Below, piece by piece: positions 9,400-18,989 of a stretch of 64,000 bases of DNA. The stretch comes from a virus: IMG/VR virus record IMGVR_UViG_3300033145_001156, positions 41,623-105,622 of that record, one strand, 5' to 3'. The first letter of the stretch is position 1. Every line of letters starts with the position of its first letter. A program made the position numbers and the translations under genes. The notes under the pieces were generated by a model that was given only the letters and a program-made list of their open reading frames with translations, had not been told where the DNA came from and searched no databases.

Positions 9400-9651
9400 A
9401 TGGAGTGGGCGCACCACAGGCACGGGGTCCGGGTGGGTGATGAGAGGGTGTCGGAGTACGTCGAGGATGTGCTCAGGCAGGTGAAGAGGAGCGGCAACGG
9501 ATTCGTGGGGACGGGCGACTTGGCGGTGTACGGGTATCTGGCTGACGAGGCTGATCTGTATGTGCTCGTCATCCTTCACGGGGCGGAGAGCTACTGCCTG
9601 GAGATGACGGCAGAGGCGGTTCATGCGAGACTCGTGGATTCAATGCCCTGA
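9400..9651 (+). CDS. hypothetical protein
   Basis: Phage-like codon usage; start uncertain. Confidence 0.45.
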   Translation: MEWAHHRHGVRVGDERVSEYVEDVLRQVKRSGNGFVGTGDLAVYGYLADEADLYVLVILHGAESYCLEMTAEAVHARLVDSMP

Positions 9652-9733
9652 TTGCAAGGGCCTTGGCAAGATTGACGGGAAGAAGTGTCCGCGCTGCGGG
9701 GGGAAGTTCTGCGTGAAGAAAGAGGAGGATTGA

Positions 9734-10051
9734 ATGGAGACGTTCAAGTGCTACGTGTGCAAGGTGGAGGTCGAGGGAGGATACCACGTGTTCATGGAGG
9801 CCCGGAGCGCCAGGGAGAAGGACAGGTTCAGGGACGTGTGCGAGAAGTGCGTGCCGGGGGCGACCGAGTTCGACAGGTGTCTCAGTCCTGAAACGATAAA
9901 ACAGATGCATGGGGAGTATGCGTCTGGGATGGGTCCGAGGGAGATCGAGCTGAGGGAGATGTTCCGGGAGGCGATGAAGATACTCCCTGACAGGGTGAGG
10001 CACGGGATCTACGAGGCGTATTGGGAGAAGTGCGAGAGGGTGCTGGGATGA
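9734..10051 (+). CDS. hypothetical zinc-finger protein
   Basis: GAGGAGG RBS; CYVC..CEKC. Confidence 0.6.
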   Translation: METFKCYVCKVEVEGGYHVFMEARSAREKDRFRDVCEKCVPGATEFDRCLSPETIKQMHGEYASGMGPREIELREMFREAMKILPDRVRHGIYEAYWEKCERVLG

Positions 10052-10074
10052 CCTTGCAGCAAAGGGAGTGAAGC

Positions 10075-10563
10075 ATGGCAACGTTGGGTGACCTCAGGCA
10101 GGACCCTAAAAATGCAAGAAAACATTCAGCGCGCGGTTTTGGGATGCTAGTCGATACTATCCAGGAAGTCGGCGCAGCACGTTCCGGTGTGTGCGATGAG
10201 GACGGTGTGATCCTTGCGGGAAACTTGACCTGGGAAGCTATGGCTGAGGCTGGGATCAATAAGGTGAAGATCGTGGACGCTGAGGGTGATGAATGGGTGG
10301 TCGTTCGGCGTAAAGGGCTGAGTAATAAACAGAAGGTCAAGCTGGCTGTGGGTGATAACCGGATCGGCGAATTGTCTGAGTGGGATGTGGATGTATTAGA
10401 GGGGCTGGACATTGACTTGGGCGATATGTGGTTCGACTCAGAGCTTGCAGAGATAGGACTAGTCGATCCGGCTGACGTGGTATTTCCAGAATATGATGAA
10501 TCTATAGCTGGCGAGGTAGAATACATTGAATGCCCCGAATGCGGACACAAATGGCCCAAGTAG
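10075..10563 (+). CDS. ParB/Srx-like N-terminal domain protein with C-terminal zinc ribbon
   Basis: LRQDPKNARKH, ILAGN, GDNRIGELSEWD, CPECG; usual position upstream of a phage methyltransferase. Confidence 0.75.
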   Translation: MATLGDLRQDPKNARKHSARGFGMLVDTIQEVGAARSGVCDEDGVILAGNLTWEAMAEAGINKVKIVDAEGDEWVVVRRKGLSNKQKVKLAVGDNRIGELSEWDVDVLEGLDIDLGDMWFDSELAEIGLVDPADVVFPEYDESIAGEVEYIECPECGHKWPK

Positions 10564-11573
10564 ATTACATGGCTATTCTGGAGGGGGCGTGGCAGCAGCA
10601 TCTTGAAGAACGTAAGCTGGATGCCCCGACGCTGATAAGCACTTTCGCAGGTTGCGGCGGTTCCTCCCTCGGCTACAGCATGGCAGGGTTTCGGGAACTC
10701 CTGGCAGTCGAATGGGATGACAATGCAGTCGCAACGTTCAAGTTGAACTTTCCAGACGTGCCGGTCTATCATGGTGACATTCACAAGCTGACAGTTGAAA
10801 AGTGCTTGGAAATGATCGGCCTGCAACCTGGGGAGATTGACCTTCTGGATGGTTCACCGCCTTGTCAGGGATTCAGTACGGCAGGCAAGCGCAAGATGGA
10901 GGACAAGCGCAATCAACTTTATATGGAGTTTATCCGATTGCTCAGGGGGTTAAGGCCGAAGGTGTTCGTGATGGAGAATGTGAGCGGCCTGGTCAAGGGC
11001 AAGATGAAGCTGGTGTTTGCTGACATCATGCAGGAGATGAAGGCAAGCGGTTATAGGGTCAGGTGCAAGTTGCTCAATGCGATGTACTTTCAGGTTCCGC
11101 AGAGTAGACAACGACTGATATGGATCGGGGTTAGGGATGATTTGGGAATTGAAGTGAGCTTTCCGAAGGCAGAGCATAGACCGATAACAGCGGGGCAAGC
11201 TATTGTCGGGGCTGATTCTATGCCTCTTGGGAGACCGACATTAGCAGTTCGTAATGTTAGCCGACAAATACGACCAGGTGAAGGGGCGGGCAAGTATACT
11301 AAACATGGTACGGCTTTTAGCGTGATCCGTCTCGATGAACGAAGACCAGCACCAACGTTGACAAAGTCATTAGCTGGGATGAGTGGAATTATGCAGCCGA
11401 CAGGGGATAGCTATCTATCAGCAGCACAGATCAAAAGACTAGCAAGCTACCCAGGTTCATTTCGATTGATGGGTGCTGCTACTAGAAAGTGGGCATGTAT
11501 TGGTAATTCCGTTCCGCCCCTCTTCATGCGGGCAATTGCAAAACATATCAGAACAGAGATATTGAAAGCATAA
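10551..11573 (+). CDS. DNA (cytosine-5) methyltransferase
   Basis: FAGCGG (motif I), GSPPCQGFS (IV), ENV (VI), PQSRQR (VIII), IGNSVPP (X). Confidence 0.95.
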   Translation: MAQVDYMAILEGAWQQHLEERKLDAPTLISTFAGCGGSSLGYSMAGFRELLAVEWDDNAVATFKLNFPDVPVYHGDIHKLTVEKCLEMIGLQPGEIDLLDGSPPCQGFSTAGKRKMEDKRNQLYMEFIRLLRGLRPKVFVMENVSGLVKGKMKLVFADIMQEMKASGYRVRCKLLNAMYFQVPQSRQRLIWIGVRDDLGIEVSFPKAEHRPITAGQAIVGADSMPLGRPTLAVRNVSRQIRPGEGAGKYTKHGTAFSVIRLDERRPAPTLTKSLAGMSGIMQPTGDSYLSAAQIKRLASYPGSFRLMGAATRKWACIGNSVPPLFMRAIAKHIRTEILKA

Positions 11574-11742
11574 CAGAAATAGGGTTAGGACCCAAGTTAT
11601 TGGAATCATGAGGCGCAACGATGGGAGCGGTTAAGTTTATGTCAACAAATGAAACACAGGCGTGCGAGTGGTTTGCTGTACATGTCTCAGAAAGTGAGTA
11701 TGATTTGTTTGCCTTGGTAACTGTTTGCATAGTTGGTGCATA

Positions 11743-12300
11743 ATGGGCAGACGCAGAGAACTGGCAGAACTAAGGCGGGACAGGCGAAGGATAGCTACTC
11801 TATATCTCAGAGGTAAACTTCAAACGGAAATCGCTGAAGAGCTAGGGATCAATCAGTCAACTGTAAGCCGTGATTTGAAAGCGCTTCAGAAGGAATGGCT
11901 GGAAGACACCAAGATTGACTTCGACAAGGCTAAAGCCAGAGAGATTGCCAAGATTGATAACCTCGAACGCATTTACCATGTTGCTTGGATACGCAGTTGT
12001 GAGGATGCTGAGACTATTCGTAAGAAGAAGGCAGAAGTTGCTGGGGTAGAGCGTAAAGAGATCGTCACTACTGCTAAGGGGCAGGTAGGTGATCCTCGTT
12101 TTTTGACGGGGGTACAGTGGTGTATTGAGCGGCGCTGTAAAGTGTTGGGCATTGATGCGCCAACGAAGATAGCACCGACAGATCCGACAGGGGAGAAGGA
12201 ATATACAGGGCTTACGGACGAAGAGCGAAATAGACGGATATGTGCGCTCCTTGGGATCAAGCCAGAGGGTGAAGCTAGATCGGATACTTCTGACGAGTGA
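11743..12300 (+). CDS. terS: terminase small subunit (N-terminal HTH)
   Basis: LQTEIAEELGINQSTVSRDL HTH; immediately upstream of and overlapping terL. Confidence 0.75.
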   Translation: MGRRRELAELRRDRRRIATLYLRGKLQTEIAEELGINQSTVSRDLKALQKEWLEDTKIDFDKAKAREIAKIDNLERIYHVAWIRSCEDAETIRKKKAEVAGVERKEIVTTAKGQVGDPRFLTGVQWCIERRCKVLGIDAPTKIAPTDPTGEKEYTGLTDEERNRRICALLGIKPEGEARSDTSDE

Positions 12301-13795
12301 CGTTTTCAAGAAGGTATACCGTGATGACAGGGCGGCTTTCGTCTGGGACTGCATAGACTGGCAAGCTCCCATTCTGAAAGGCGAGACGATGGCGGCCTAC
12401 CAGGAGGAGATACTGTCTGAGCTGGACGTCAGGGAGAGAGTGTCTGTTCGGGGGCCCCACGGTCTCGGGAAAACTGCGCTGGCAGCTTGGAATGTTTTGC
12501 ATTTCGCGTTGACGAGGGATGGGGAGGATTGGAAGGTTCCCACGTTGGCGTCCGTCTGGCGGCAACTTGTTGAGTACCTTTGGCCTGAGGTACATAAATG
12601 GGCATCCATATTGAGATGGGACAAGATAGGGAGGAATCCTTTTGGTGATCAGTTGATGGTATTGCGGCTCCGGTTGTCTACGGGGGCCGCTTTTGCTGTT
12701 GCGGCAAAAGACCCTGGGTTGATCGAGGGAGCTCATGCAGAGCAAATGTTGTACGTTTTTGATGAGAGTAAGTCTATTGCCGACAGGATGTGGGATGCTG
12801 CTGAGGGTGCGTTCGCGTCTGGCGACGTCAAGTGGTTTGCCATTAGCACGCCTGGGGAGACGCAGGGCAGGTTCTGGCAGATACAGGCGCGCAAGAAGGG
12901 CTACCACGACTGGTGGGTGAGGCACGTCACACTGGAGGAGGCTCTTGCTGCTGGGCGGATGCGCCCCAAGTGGGTCGAGGAAAGGAAGCTACAATGGGGG
13001 GAGCAGTCTCCCATCTACCAGAACCGCGTGCTGGGGGAATTCGCGGACTCGCCCTCGGACGCCATCATACCGCTGACTTGGGTGGAGGCGGCCAACGAGC
13101 GCTGGCGGGAGTGGGACAAGGAGGGGGTGCTGACGGCGGTCGGGGTGGACGTCGGGGGCGGGCTGGCCACGGGGAACAAGAGCGTGATAGCTAAGGCGTA
13201 CGACAGGTTCAAGATCGCCGAGCTGGTGAAGATACCCATGGCGAGCGACCCGAAAGTAGCGACGATGGAACTCACCGGGAGGATAGTCGCGATGCTGCGG
13301 GGCACAGATGCGACAGCGGTGGTGGACTCGATAGGGATAGGGGCCGGGGTGCTGCACAGGCTGTGCGAGCTGGAGTACAAGGCCATCGACTTCGTGGCGG
13401 GCAGGAAGACGTCCCTGATGGACCAGGTGGATTCGTACGGGTTCAGGAACTGGAGGTCCGCCGCATGGTGGATAACCAGGGAGCTGCTGGAGCCGGACAG
13501 CGGGTACGACGTGTGCCTGCCGCCGGACGACGAGCTGACGGGCGACCTGACGACGCCGAAGTGGAAGCCGGTGAGCGCCGGGCTAATCCTCGTCGAGCCG
13601 AAGGACAAGGTGAAGGACAGGCTCCCGGAGGGGCGGTCGACGGACTGCGGGGATGCCGTGGTGCAGGTGCTGGTGGGGAAGACGCTGGAGAACGCCCGTC
13701 TGCTGGAGGAGGTCAGGAGGAAGAAGCCGAAGGTGAAGAGCGTGTGGGCACCGGGGTACAGGATAGGGAAGGGGTTGACGAGGGGGAGAGGATGA
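12242..13795 (+). CDS. terL: terminase large subunit
   Basis: Walker A RGPHGLGKT, Walker B YVFDES, ISTP coupling motif, nuclease VGVDVG and STDCGDA. Confidence 0.93.
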   Translation: MRSLGSSQRVKLDRILLTSDVFKKVYRDDRAAFVWDCIDWQAPILKGETMAAYQEEILSELDVRERVSVRGPHGLGKTALAAWNVLHFALTRDGEDWKVPTLASVWRQLVEYLWPEVHKWASILRWDKIGRNPFGDQLMVLRLRLSTGAAFAVAAKDPGLIEGAHAEQMLYVFDESKSIADRMWDAAEGAFASGDVKWFAISTPGETQGRFWQIQARKKGYHDWWVRHVTLEEALAAGRMRPKWVEERKLQWGEQSPIYQNRVLGEFADSPSDAIIPLTWVEAANERWREWDKEGVLTAVGVDVGGGLATGNKSVIAKAYDRFKIAELVKIPMASDPKVATMELTGRIVAMLRGTDATAVVDSIGIGAGVLHRLCELEYKAIDFVAGRKTSLMDQVDSYGFRNWRSAAWWITRELLEPDSGYDVCLPPDDELTGDLTTPKWKPVSAGLILVEPKDKVKDRLPEGRSTDCGDAVVQVLVGKTLENARLLEEVRRKKPKVKSVWAPGYRIGKGLTRGRG

Positions 13796-14103
13796 TGGAG
13801 CACAAGTGCGAGGCGAATGAGGGCGGTACTCACGTAGAGTTCTGGCCCAAAGATCAGAAATGGCATTTGAGTACTTGCGGAACTCTCTTATATTGTCCCT
13901 ACTGCGGCATCAAGCTGGAGAAGCCAGATGAGAAGATCGAGGTGAGCCGGAACGCGTTGAGAGAGGTTGTCGATCAGTTGTGGATAGTCCATGAAGAAGA
14001 TGCTTGGGGGGGGCATCGCACAGATGCTCCCGAGAGGGTCTTTGCTCAATGCCAACGGATCAACAAGATGCTGCGGGATGCAGAGCGCGAGGAGGGGGGA
14101 TGA
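13792..14103 (+). CDS. hypothetical zinc-finger protein
   Basis: MEHKC...YCPYCGIKLE; coupled to terL stop. Confidence 0.6.
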   Translation: MMEHKCEANEGGTHVEFWPKDQKWHLSTCGTLLYCPYCGIKLEKPDEKIEVSRNALREVVDQLWIVHEEDAWGGHRTDAPERVFAQCQRINKMLRDAEREEGG

Positions 14104-14426
14104 TGGAGCACGAGCACAGATGTACAAAGAGTGCGAGTGTCAGAATTCTATGGCGTACCGATCACTGGAGTATCGTAGATTCTACAGGCTGGCCGCGTTT
14201 CGGTATCACTCACTGCCCCTACTGCGGCGTGAAGCTGGAGCCGCCGGACGTCAAGATTGAGGTGAGCCGGAAGGCACTACTAAACTGGGCTAGTCGTTTA
14301 GACCTTGCTAATAGCGAATTACTAGGGGGCTGGCTGAGAACAGAAGTTAGTACTTTCATTGGGGCAATTGCAATTTGTATCAGGACGGCAGCACTCAATG
14401 ACTGAGCGCGAGGAGGGGGGATGATG
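14083..14426 (+). repeat. 23-bp direct repeat GAGCGCGAGGAGGGGGGATGATG flanking ORF 14100..14405
   Basis: Identical copies at 14083-14105 and 14404-14426. Confidence 0.85.
14100..14405 (+). CDS. paralog of preceding zinc-finger ORF
   Basis: MEHEHRC...HCPYCGVKLE.PD.KIEVSR.AL. Confidence 0.6.
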   Translation: MMEHEHRCTKSASVRILWRTDHWSIVDSTGWPRFGITHCPYCGVKLEPPDVKIEVSRKALLNWASRLDLANSELLGGWLRTEVSTFIGAIAICIRTAALND

Positions 14427-14663
14427 TGGACTGACGTGTACGACAAGTGGGGTACTGGGGAGCATGAGGACGTTCCGTGCAAGTTTGCGGGGCAGACGAT
14501 AATGTTGAGCAGGGAGAAATGCGAAGCCGGGCTGGGTGACTTGGTGAAGGAGTACGTTCGCATCCTGCGCACCCCGTGGTGGCGGAGGACGTTCGGCTGG
14601 GGGTTCGCGGAGAAGTTTCTGCGGAAGCGCCTGAACGTCTCCATCCTTGAATGGCATAAGTAG
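14421..14663 (+). CDS. hypothetical protein
   Basis: RBS within the repeat. Confidence 0.55.
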   Translation: MMWTDVYDKWGTGEHEDVPCKFAGQTIMLSREKCEAGLGDLVKEYVRILRTPWWRRTFGWGFAEKFLRKRLNVSILEWHK

Positions 14664-14691
14664 GATTTTGCGTAAAGTTCAGGAGGAAGCG

Positions 14692-15276
14692 ATGATGTTG
14701 CCTGGCAGTTTGGTGGCCGAGATGGTAGATGCGACAATAACAGGAAACATAGTACTATTCTTCCCCCACGAGATACCAGAACAGTTTCCTGGAGTAACTG
14801 GCAAGTTGCTGTGCCATGCACCACCATTGGAAGATGGTGGTCTTAGACATGCTTTCGTGTATCTAGGGCCGGAGCAAGCGGACGAGGCCGGGTTCTGCCA
14901 TGTGTGCGGAGAGTTTCAGTTGCCTATTGTTGTTCTTGCGAACTCGTGGTCTGCGTGTGGATATTGTGGCAGTAAGCGCCTTGTGCGCGAAGTTCAGGGG
15001 GTAATGATGAGGGGGATAAAGTCGTATTGGTGGCAGTGCGACGTCTGCAAGAAGACCGCAGAGACGAGACAAGATAAGTTACCGCTAGGGTGGATGCCTG
15101 CCTACGGGATGCACGTGTGTTCTGAGGAATGCAAGCAGAAGATGATCAAGATTCAGTCTGAGGTCTACTGCATCGGTCCTGGGGAGACCTTGGATTTCGA
15201 GACGATGAGCATCATTGACTGGCAGGTAGGTGAGGGTAAGTTGTACCTGACTGTTGATGAGGGGAGAATGGGGTAG
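14692..15276 (+). CDS. hypothetical Cys-rich protein
   Basis: AGGAGG RBS; CHVC, CGYC, CDVC, CSEEC. Confidence 0.55.
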   Translation: MMLPGSLVAEMVDATITGNIVLFFPHEIPEQFPGVTGKLLCHAPPLEDGGLRHAFVYLGPEQADEAGFCHVCGEFQLPIVVLANSWSACGYCGSKRLVREVQGVMMRGIKSYWWQCDVCKKTAETRQDKLPLGWMPAYGMHVCSEECKQKMIKIQSEVYCIGPGETLDFETMSIIDWQVGEGKLYLTVDEGRMG

Positions 15277-15519
15277 ATGGGTGAGAAGAGGATATGCTAC
15301 CACCTGTTCCTCGTGCCGACGGCATGGGACCAAAAGAGGCCGGGGCCATGCGAGGTCAACTCTTGCAGGTGCGGGCAGAACTGGACGTGCCCCGTGTGCG
15401 GGTACGGGCAGGGTTCGTGGCCGCACGTGTGTGACATGCCGGACGGGGAGCACGAGAGATTGTTGAAGCGGAGCCTGGTGGAGAATGCAGACATATGGAG
15501 GGCGTTGGCAGATGCGTGA
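15277..15519 (+). CDS. small Cys-rich hypothetical protein
   Basis: Abuts previous stop; CRCG, CPVCG. Confidence 0.5.
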   Translation: MGEKRICYHLFLVPTAWDQKRPGPCEVNSCRCGQNWTCPVCGYGQGSWPHVCDMPDGEHERLLKRSLVENADIWRALADA

Positions 15520-15796
15520 CGAGACGTTGTTCCTGGAGTGCGAGTGCCACAGCGACGAGCACGTCCTGAGGTGGAGCCTGGTTGCCGATCCCAAGTGGCC
15601 CGCCTTGTACACCTCGGTGTTCTTGTGCCAGTACAGGAACGTGTTCAAGCGAGTATGGGTTGCCGTCAAGTACGTCCTTGGGTACAAGTGCAGGTATGGG
15701 CATTAGGACTGCTTCGAGTTGAACCCAAAGGACATAGGGCGGATGATAGCCCTGCTGGAGGTATACCGGGAGGCAGTGCATGGTGGAGAGTCTTGA
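15512..15796 (+). pseudogene. small ORF interrupted by an in-frame TAG at 15704-15706
   Basis: GYKCRYGH*DCFELNPKD; frame continues to TGA 15796, overlapping the next gene start. Confidence 0.5.
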
Positions 15797-16046
15797 GGAG
15801 GCTGCCGAGTCGGTGGGGAAGGTCGACTGGGACCAGTTCGTGGCAACCATCTGCGAGAGTCGGGAGCGGGTGATCGAGGAGTTCTGCTGGTGGGCGGAAC
15901 ATTGCGGGGAAGCGCTCGCAGAAGCTTATGCCTTGTGGGAGGAGTCTTGTGGTAGACCTCCGATGACCAAGAACGAGAAGAAGCAGGCGTGGTTCAACTA
16001 CGTGCGTGAAAGGGAGAGGGATGGGCAAGGCGTTCGAGATGAATGA
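15780..16046 (+). CDS. hypothetical protein
   Basis: GGAGG RBS. Confidence 0.5.
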   Translation: MVESLEEAAESVGKVDWDQFVATICESRERVIEEFCWWAEHCGEALAEAYALWEESCGRPPMTKNEKKQAWFNYVRERERDGQGVRDE

Positions 16047-16102
16047 CGATGGTTGGTCGTCCCACGGGACATAGCCATCAGGCTGGGAAGAGGAGGGTGA
16101 GG

Positions 16103-16570
16103 ATGAGTGAGATGCTGCGGTGCGGGGACTGCGCGCTGTTCGAGCGGGGCGGCACGGCTGCCCTTTACAATTGGTGGGGTGACTGTGAGGTAAGCCCGGA
16201 TCCCCTCTCGGTGCATGGCTCGGACGAGGCCTGCAAGAAATTCAAGCCGAAGGGGGAACCCGAGCTACTGGCGGAGAAGGTATACGAATGGGACATAGGT
16301 GACTTTAAGATGCACGAGACTGGGGATGTGCAGGAGCTGCCAGTGGAAGACGCGTGTATCAATATCTTTGATTCTGCGCCTGTGCGGTTAGGAGGATATA
16401 AGGCAGTATACATTTATCGATTCCCTTGGCTTGCGTTCAAGCCCAAAGGTTGGCGGCAGTGGGTTGTCTTCCTGTGGGGGACGGACGTCTGGTTCGGGCG
16501 GTGGCCGTTCTGCAAGTGCCTGTTCGCGGCCAACGTCCTGGTCTGGATGCTGGGGTGGGTGATGGGATGA
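16103..16570 (+). CDS. hypothetical protein, Cys motif plus hydrophobic C-terminus
   Basis: GAGGAGG RBS; CGDC. Confidence 0.55.
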   Translation: MSEMLRCGDCALFERGGTAALYNWWGDCEVSPDPLSVHGSDEACKKFKPKGEPELLAEKVYEWDIGDFKMHETGDVQELPVEDACINIFDSAPVRLGGYKAVYIYRFPWLAFKPKGWRQWVVFLWGTDVWFGRWPFCKCLFAANVLVWMLGWVMG

Positions 16571-16830
16571 GCAGGGTCCATCAGGTCAAGTGCGACGGTT
16601 GCAGGAAGATACAGGAGGACACGCGGGACAACGCCATGCCAGAGTGGAGGGACCCGGACAGGTGGGACGGCTGGTGGTCGCTGGACGTGGCAGGAGACGG
16701 TCGGGAGCACTACGACTTGTGCTGCCTCAAGTGCCTGAAGGAGTGGGTGGGGAATAGGGTTGAGTACTGGGAGCGATACGAAAAGGAGGCTGTTGACTTG
16801 AAAGTGGATCAGGGGAGGGCGATGCAGTGA
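16567..16830 (+). CDS. hypothetical zinc-finger protein
   Basis: CDGC...CCLKC; ATGA overlap. Confidence 0.55.
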   Translation: MSRVHQVKCDGCRKIQEDTRDNAMPEWRDPDRWDGWWSLDVAGDGREHYDLCCLKCLKEWVGNRVEYWERYEKEAVDLKVDQGRAMQ

Positions 16831-16870
16831 ATAACCAGGTGCAAAACTTGTCAGTTCTCAGGAGGGCGGC

Positions 16871-17173
16871 ATGAGGAGGGTAACTTGGGCTCGTTGGATT
16901 GAGCTGTGTACTGATGATTGCGATTTTGAGTGCTATGTAGAAGATAGTCGGCTCTTCGCGATACCAAGAACTGGCAAGGTGTTTGAGATTCTCATGCCAG
17001 GGCACTGGGAGAAGCTGCGCGGCGGCCCATTCATTCGTCACGGGGGCGACCTCAGCTTCCATTGCGCCTGTGGCAAGCCCGTAGTGTTAGCTGACGAGGC
17101 TATCATGGACTGTTCATGCGGACGGCGATATCGGTTGCCACCCGCAGAAGTGGAAGTATGGAGGGAACGATGA
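16871..17173 (+). CDS. hypothetical protein
   Basis: AGGAGG RBS; CACG..CSCG. Confidence 0.55.
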   Translation: MRRVTWARWIELCTDDCDFECYVEDSRLFAIPRTGKVFEILMPGHWEKLRGGPFIRHGGDLSFHCACGKPVVLADEAIMDCSCGRRYRLPPAEVEVWRER

Positions 17174-17337
17174 AGAAGCTGGAGGAGAGATTGGAGAGGG
17201 AGGATGATGGGTGCGGGGAGTGGAGGCCCCGTTCCGTATTTGCAGCTACCCGATACAGAATAGAAAACGGGGAGGAGGTGATACTTGGGGACAAGGTACT
17301 TCCTGACTGTGAGCTGCCTTCAATGCGGGAGAACTAA
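17170..17337 (+). CDS. small hypothetical protein
   Basis: GGAGG RBS, ATGA overlap. Confidence 0.4.
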   Translation: MKKLEERLEREDDGCGEWRPRSVFAATRYRIENGEEVILGDKVLPDCELPSMREN

Positions 17338-17545
17338 TAATGATATTTACTACGCCCCGACGTGCGGCTTCCTGACCCACAAGTGCGACCACTGCGGGGT
17401 GGAGTTCGACATCGAGGCCCAGCTCTGCGAGAGGGAGAGGACGGAACTCAGGCGGCAGCAGGAGGAGCACAGTGCGATGATAGAGAGGATGGTGGAGGGT
17501 TTTGGACGGAGTGGTGCCGTCATTGACTTGGAGGACTTCACATAA
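17285..17545 (+). CDS. hypothetical zinc-ribbon protein
   Basis: GGAGGAGG RBS before TTG; CLQC..CDHC. Confidence 0.55.
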   Translation: MGTRYFLTVSCLQCGRTNNDIYYAPTCGFLTHKCDHCGVEFDIEAQLCERERTELRRQQEEHSAMIERMVEGFGRSGAVIDLEDFT

Positions 17546-17605
17546 AATGGCGAGGGCTATGAGTTGGCAGAACACCTTGCGCAAAGCGCAGAGGGGGAGT
17601 GACAA

Positions 17606-18055
17606 GTGATAACGCGGAAATTCTCTTGCGGGAGCGGTTGTTCTTTTTATCATGCGATATACGTTGAAGGCCTGAACAGGGGCTACATCTGCCTCGCTCA
17701 ACCCGGAGAAGAACCAGAAGGTTGTCCGATGGTGAGGCCCGTCATTGATGGAGACTATGTGCACATTCATTGCCCATCATGCTATGCTTGCGTGCCCATC
17801 GTTGAAGGGGGATACGAGGTTTGCGACAAATATGATAAGCCGTTTGGGCGGATGGACCAACAAGTAGATTCCTGCGTGGGGTGTCCGTTTTATCACCCAA
17901 ACAAGAAGGCGGGTGGATGGCTTGAGTCGCGGGAAGACTTAATAAAAGAGCTTCACAGGCTTCGTACAGAGTTGCTTCGTGCAGCGAGGAGGGCAGAGCG
18001 GGCAGAGAAAGAGATCAAAGACAAGGCGACGGAAGAGCATGAGGGTTTTATGTAG
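17606..18055 (+). CDS. hypothetical Cys-rich protein
   Basis: GGGGAG RBS; many Cys; C-terminal coiled coil. Confidence 0.55.
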   Translation: MITRKFSCGSGCSFYHAIYVEGLNRGYICLAQPGEEPEGCPMVRPVIDGDYVHIHCPSCYACVPIVEGGYEVCDKYDKPFGRMDQQVDSCVGCPFYHPNKKAGGWLESREDLIKELHRLRTELLRAARRAERAEKEIKDKATEEHEGFM

Positions 18056-18191
18056 CCATTAGAGATGGCGTGGAGTTCAAGTTGGTTAAGTGTGCGAGGT
18101 GTCGCAAGTGTGGAAACATCAACGACATGCGGTTAGTCTCGTGTTCTTGGATGCACAAGAAGTGAGACTTTGCGCAAAGTGAGGAGGTCTA

Positions 18192-18665
18192 ATGTCTGAA
18201 TGGAACTGGAGTGATGTTCGCGAGCCGATAGAGAAGCTACTGCGGGAGAAGTATGGTGTAGGGTTGGAATCGGTCACGGTGGTGAGGACTGCCCGCTCGA
18301 ACTGGCATGCCCACGTTCCGGCAGGTCTTACGTTCGTGCCTACCCGATACCGAAACGTTGACAGGAAGGGTGTGAGGGCATGGCTGTGGCGCTTCTTCGG
18401 GAAGGTGCTTGGGAAGCCCCGCTGGGGGCAAGACAAGGTGATGCTGGAGCCCATGTGTCCTCACGAAGTGGAGGAGATCCAGTTGTCGCAATACACCGCT
18501 AAAGATCCGTGTGGTGTTGAATACAGATGGTGGATGGGATACGGCCCGGAGTCGAAGGTCCTGGCTATCGGTGATTGGGAAGGTTCGACTGGCTTTGCGC
18601 AAAGCAGGAAGGGGGAAAGAGATGCTGACGATGGAGCATCGGCCCAAGATCGAGAAGGCGTATGA
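18192..18665 (+). CDS. hypothetical protein
   Basis: GAGGAGG RBS directly after palindrome copy. Confidence 0.6.
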   Translation: MSEWNWSDVREPIEKLLREKYGVGLESVTVVRTARSNWHAHVPAGLTFVPTRYRNVDRKGVRAWLWRFFGKVLGKPRWGQDKVMLEPMCPHEVEEIQLSQYTAKDPCGVEYRWWMGYGPESKVLAIGDWEGSTGFAQSRKGERDADDGASAQDREGV

Positions 18666-18698
18666 GGATGCGATTGTTGAAGTCAAGGAAGGGAGAAA

Positions 18699-18989
18699 AT
18701 GATGAAGTGGCCGGGGATGGGTGAATATGGTGATGTCAATGAGGGAGAGGGGTCGGTTCACCTTCCGTTCACTCAGGTGGATGTGGAGTTCTTTCCGAAA
18801 CTCATGTACGGCTATAGGGGCTACACATGGCCCGACGACCTGTGTCCGCACGTGAAGGACAACAAGATTGAGCGGGTTTTGGTGCTGACCAGCCAAGACG
18901 GCTACACCGGCGCGGGGATATGCCTGGACTGCCTGATGGAGTGGGCGGAGCGGAACCGCAGCAGGATATGGAAGGGAGAAGGCGAGTGA
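18699..18989 (+). CDS. hypothetical protein
   Basis: RBS; CLDC; coupled to the glycosyltransferase. Confidence 0.55.
   Translation: MMKWPGMGEYGDVNEGEGSVHLPFTQVDVEFFPKLMYGYRGYTWPDDLCPHVKDNKIERVLVLTSQDGYTGAGICLDCLMEWAERNRSRIWKGEGE

Noticed and set aside
15704-15706. Genome-wide TAG recoding
   Set aside because: Many genes end in TAG directly followed by the next start (e.g. 28198, 39707, 52403) and long genes have no internal TAG
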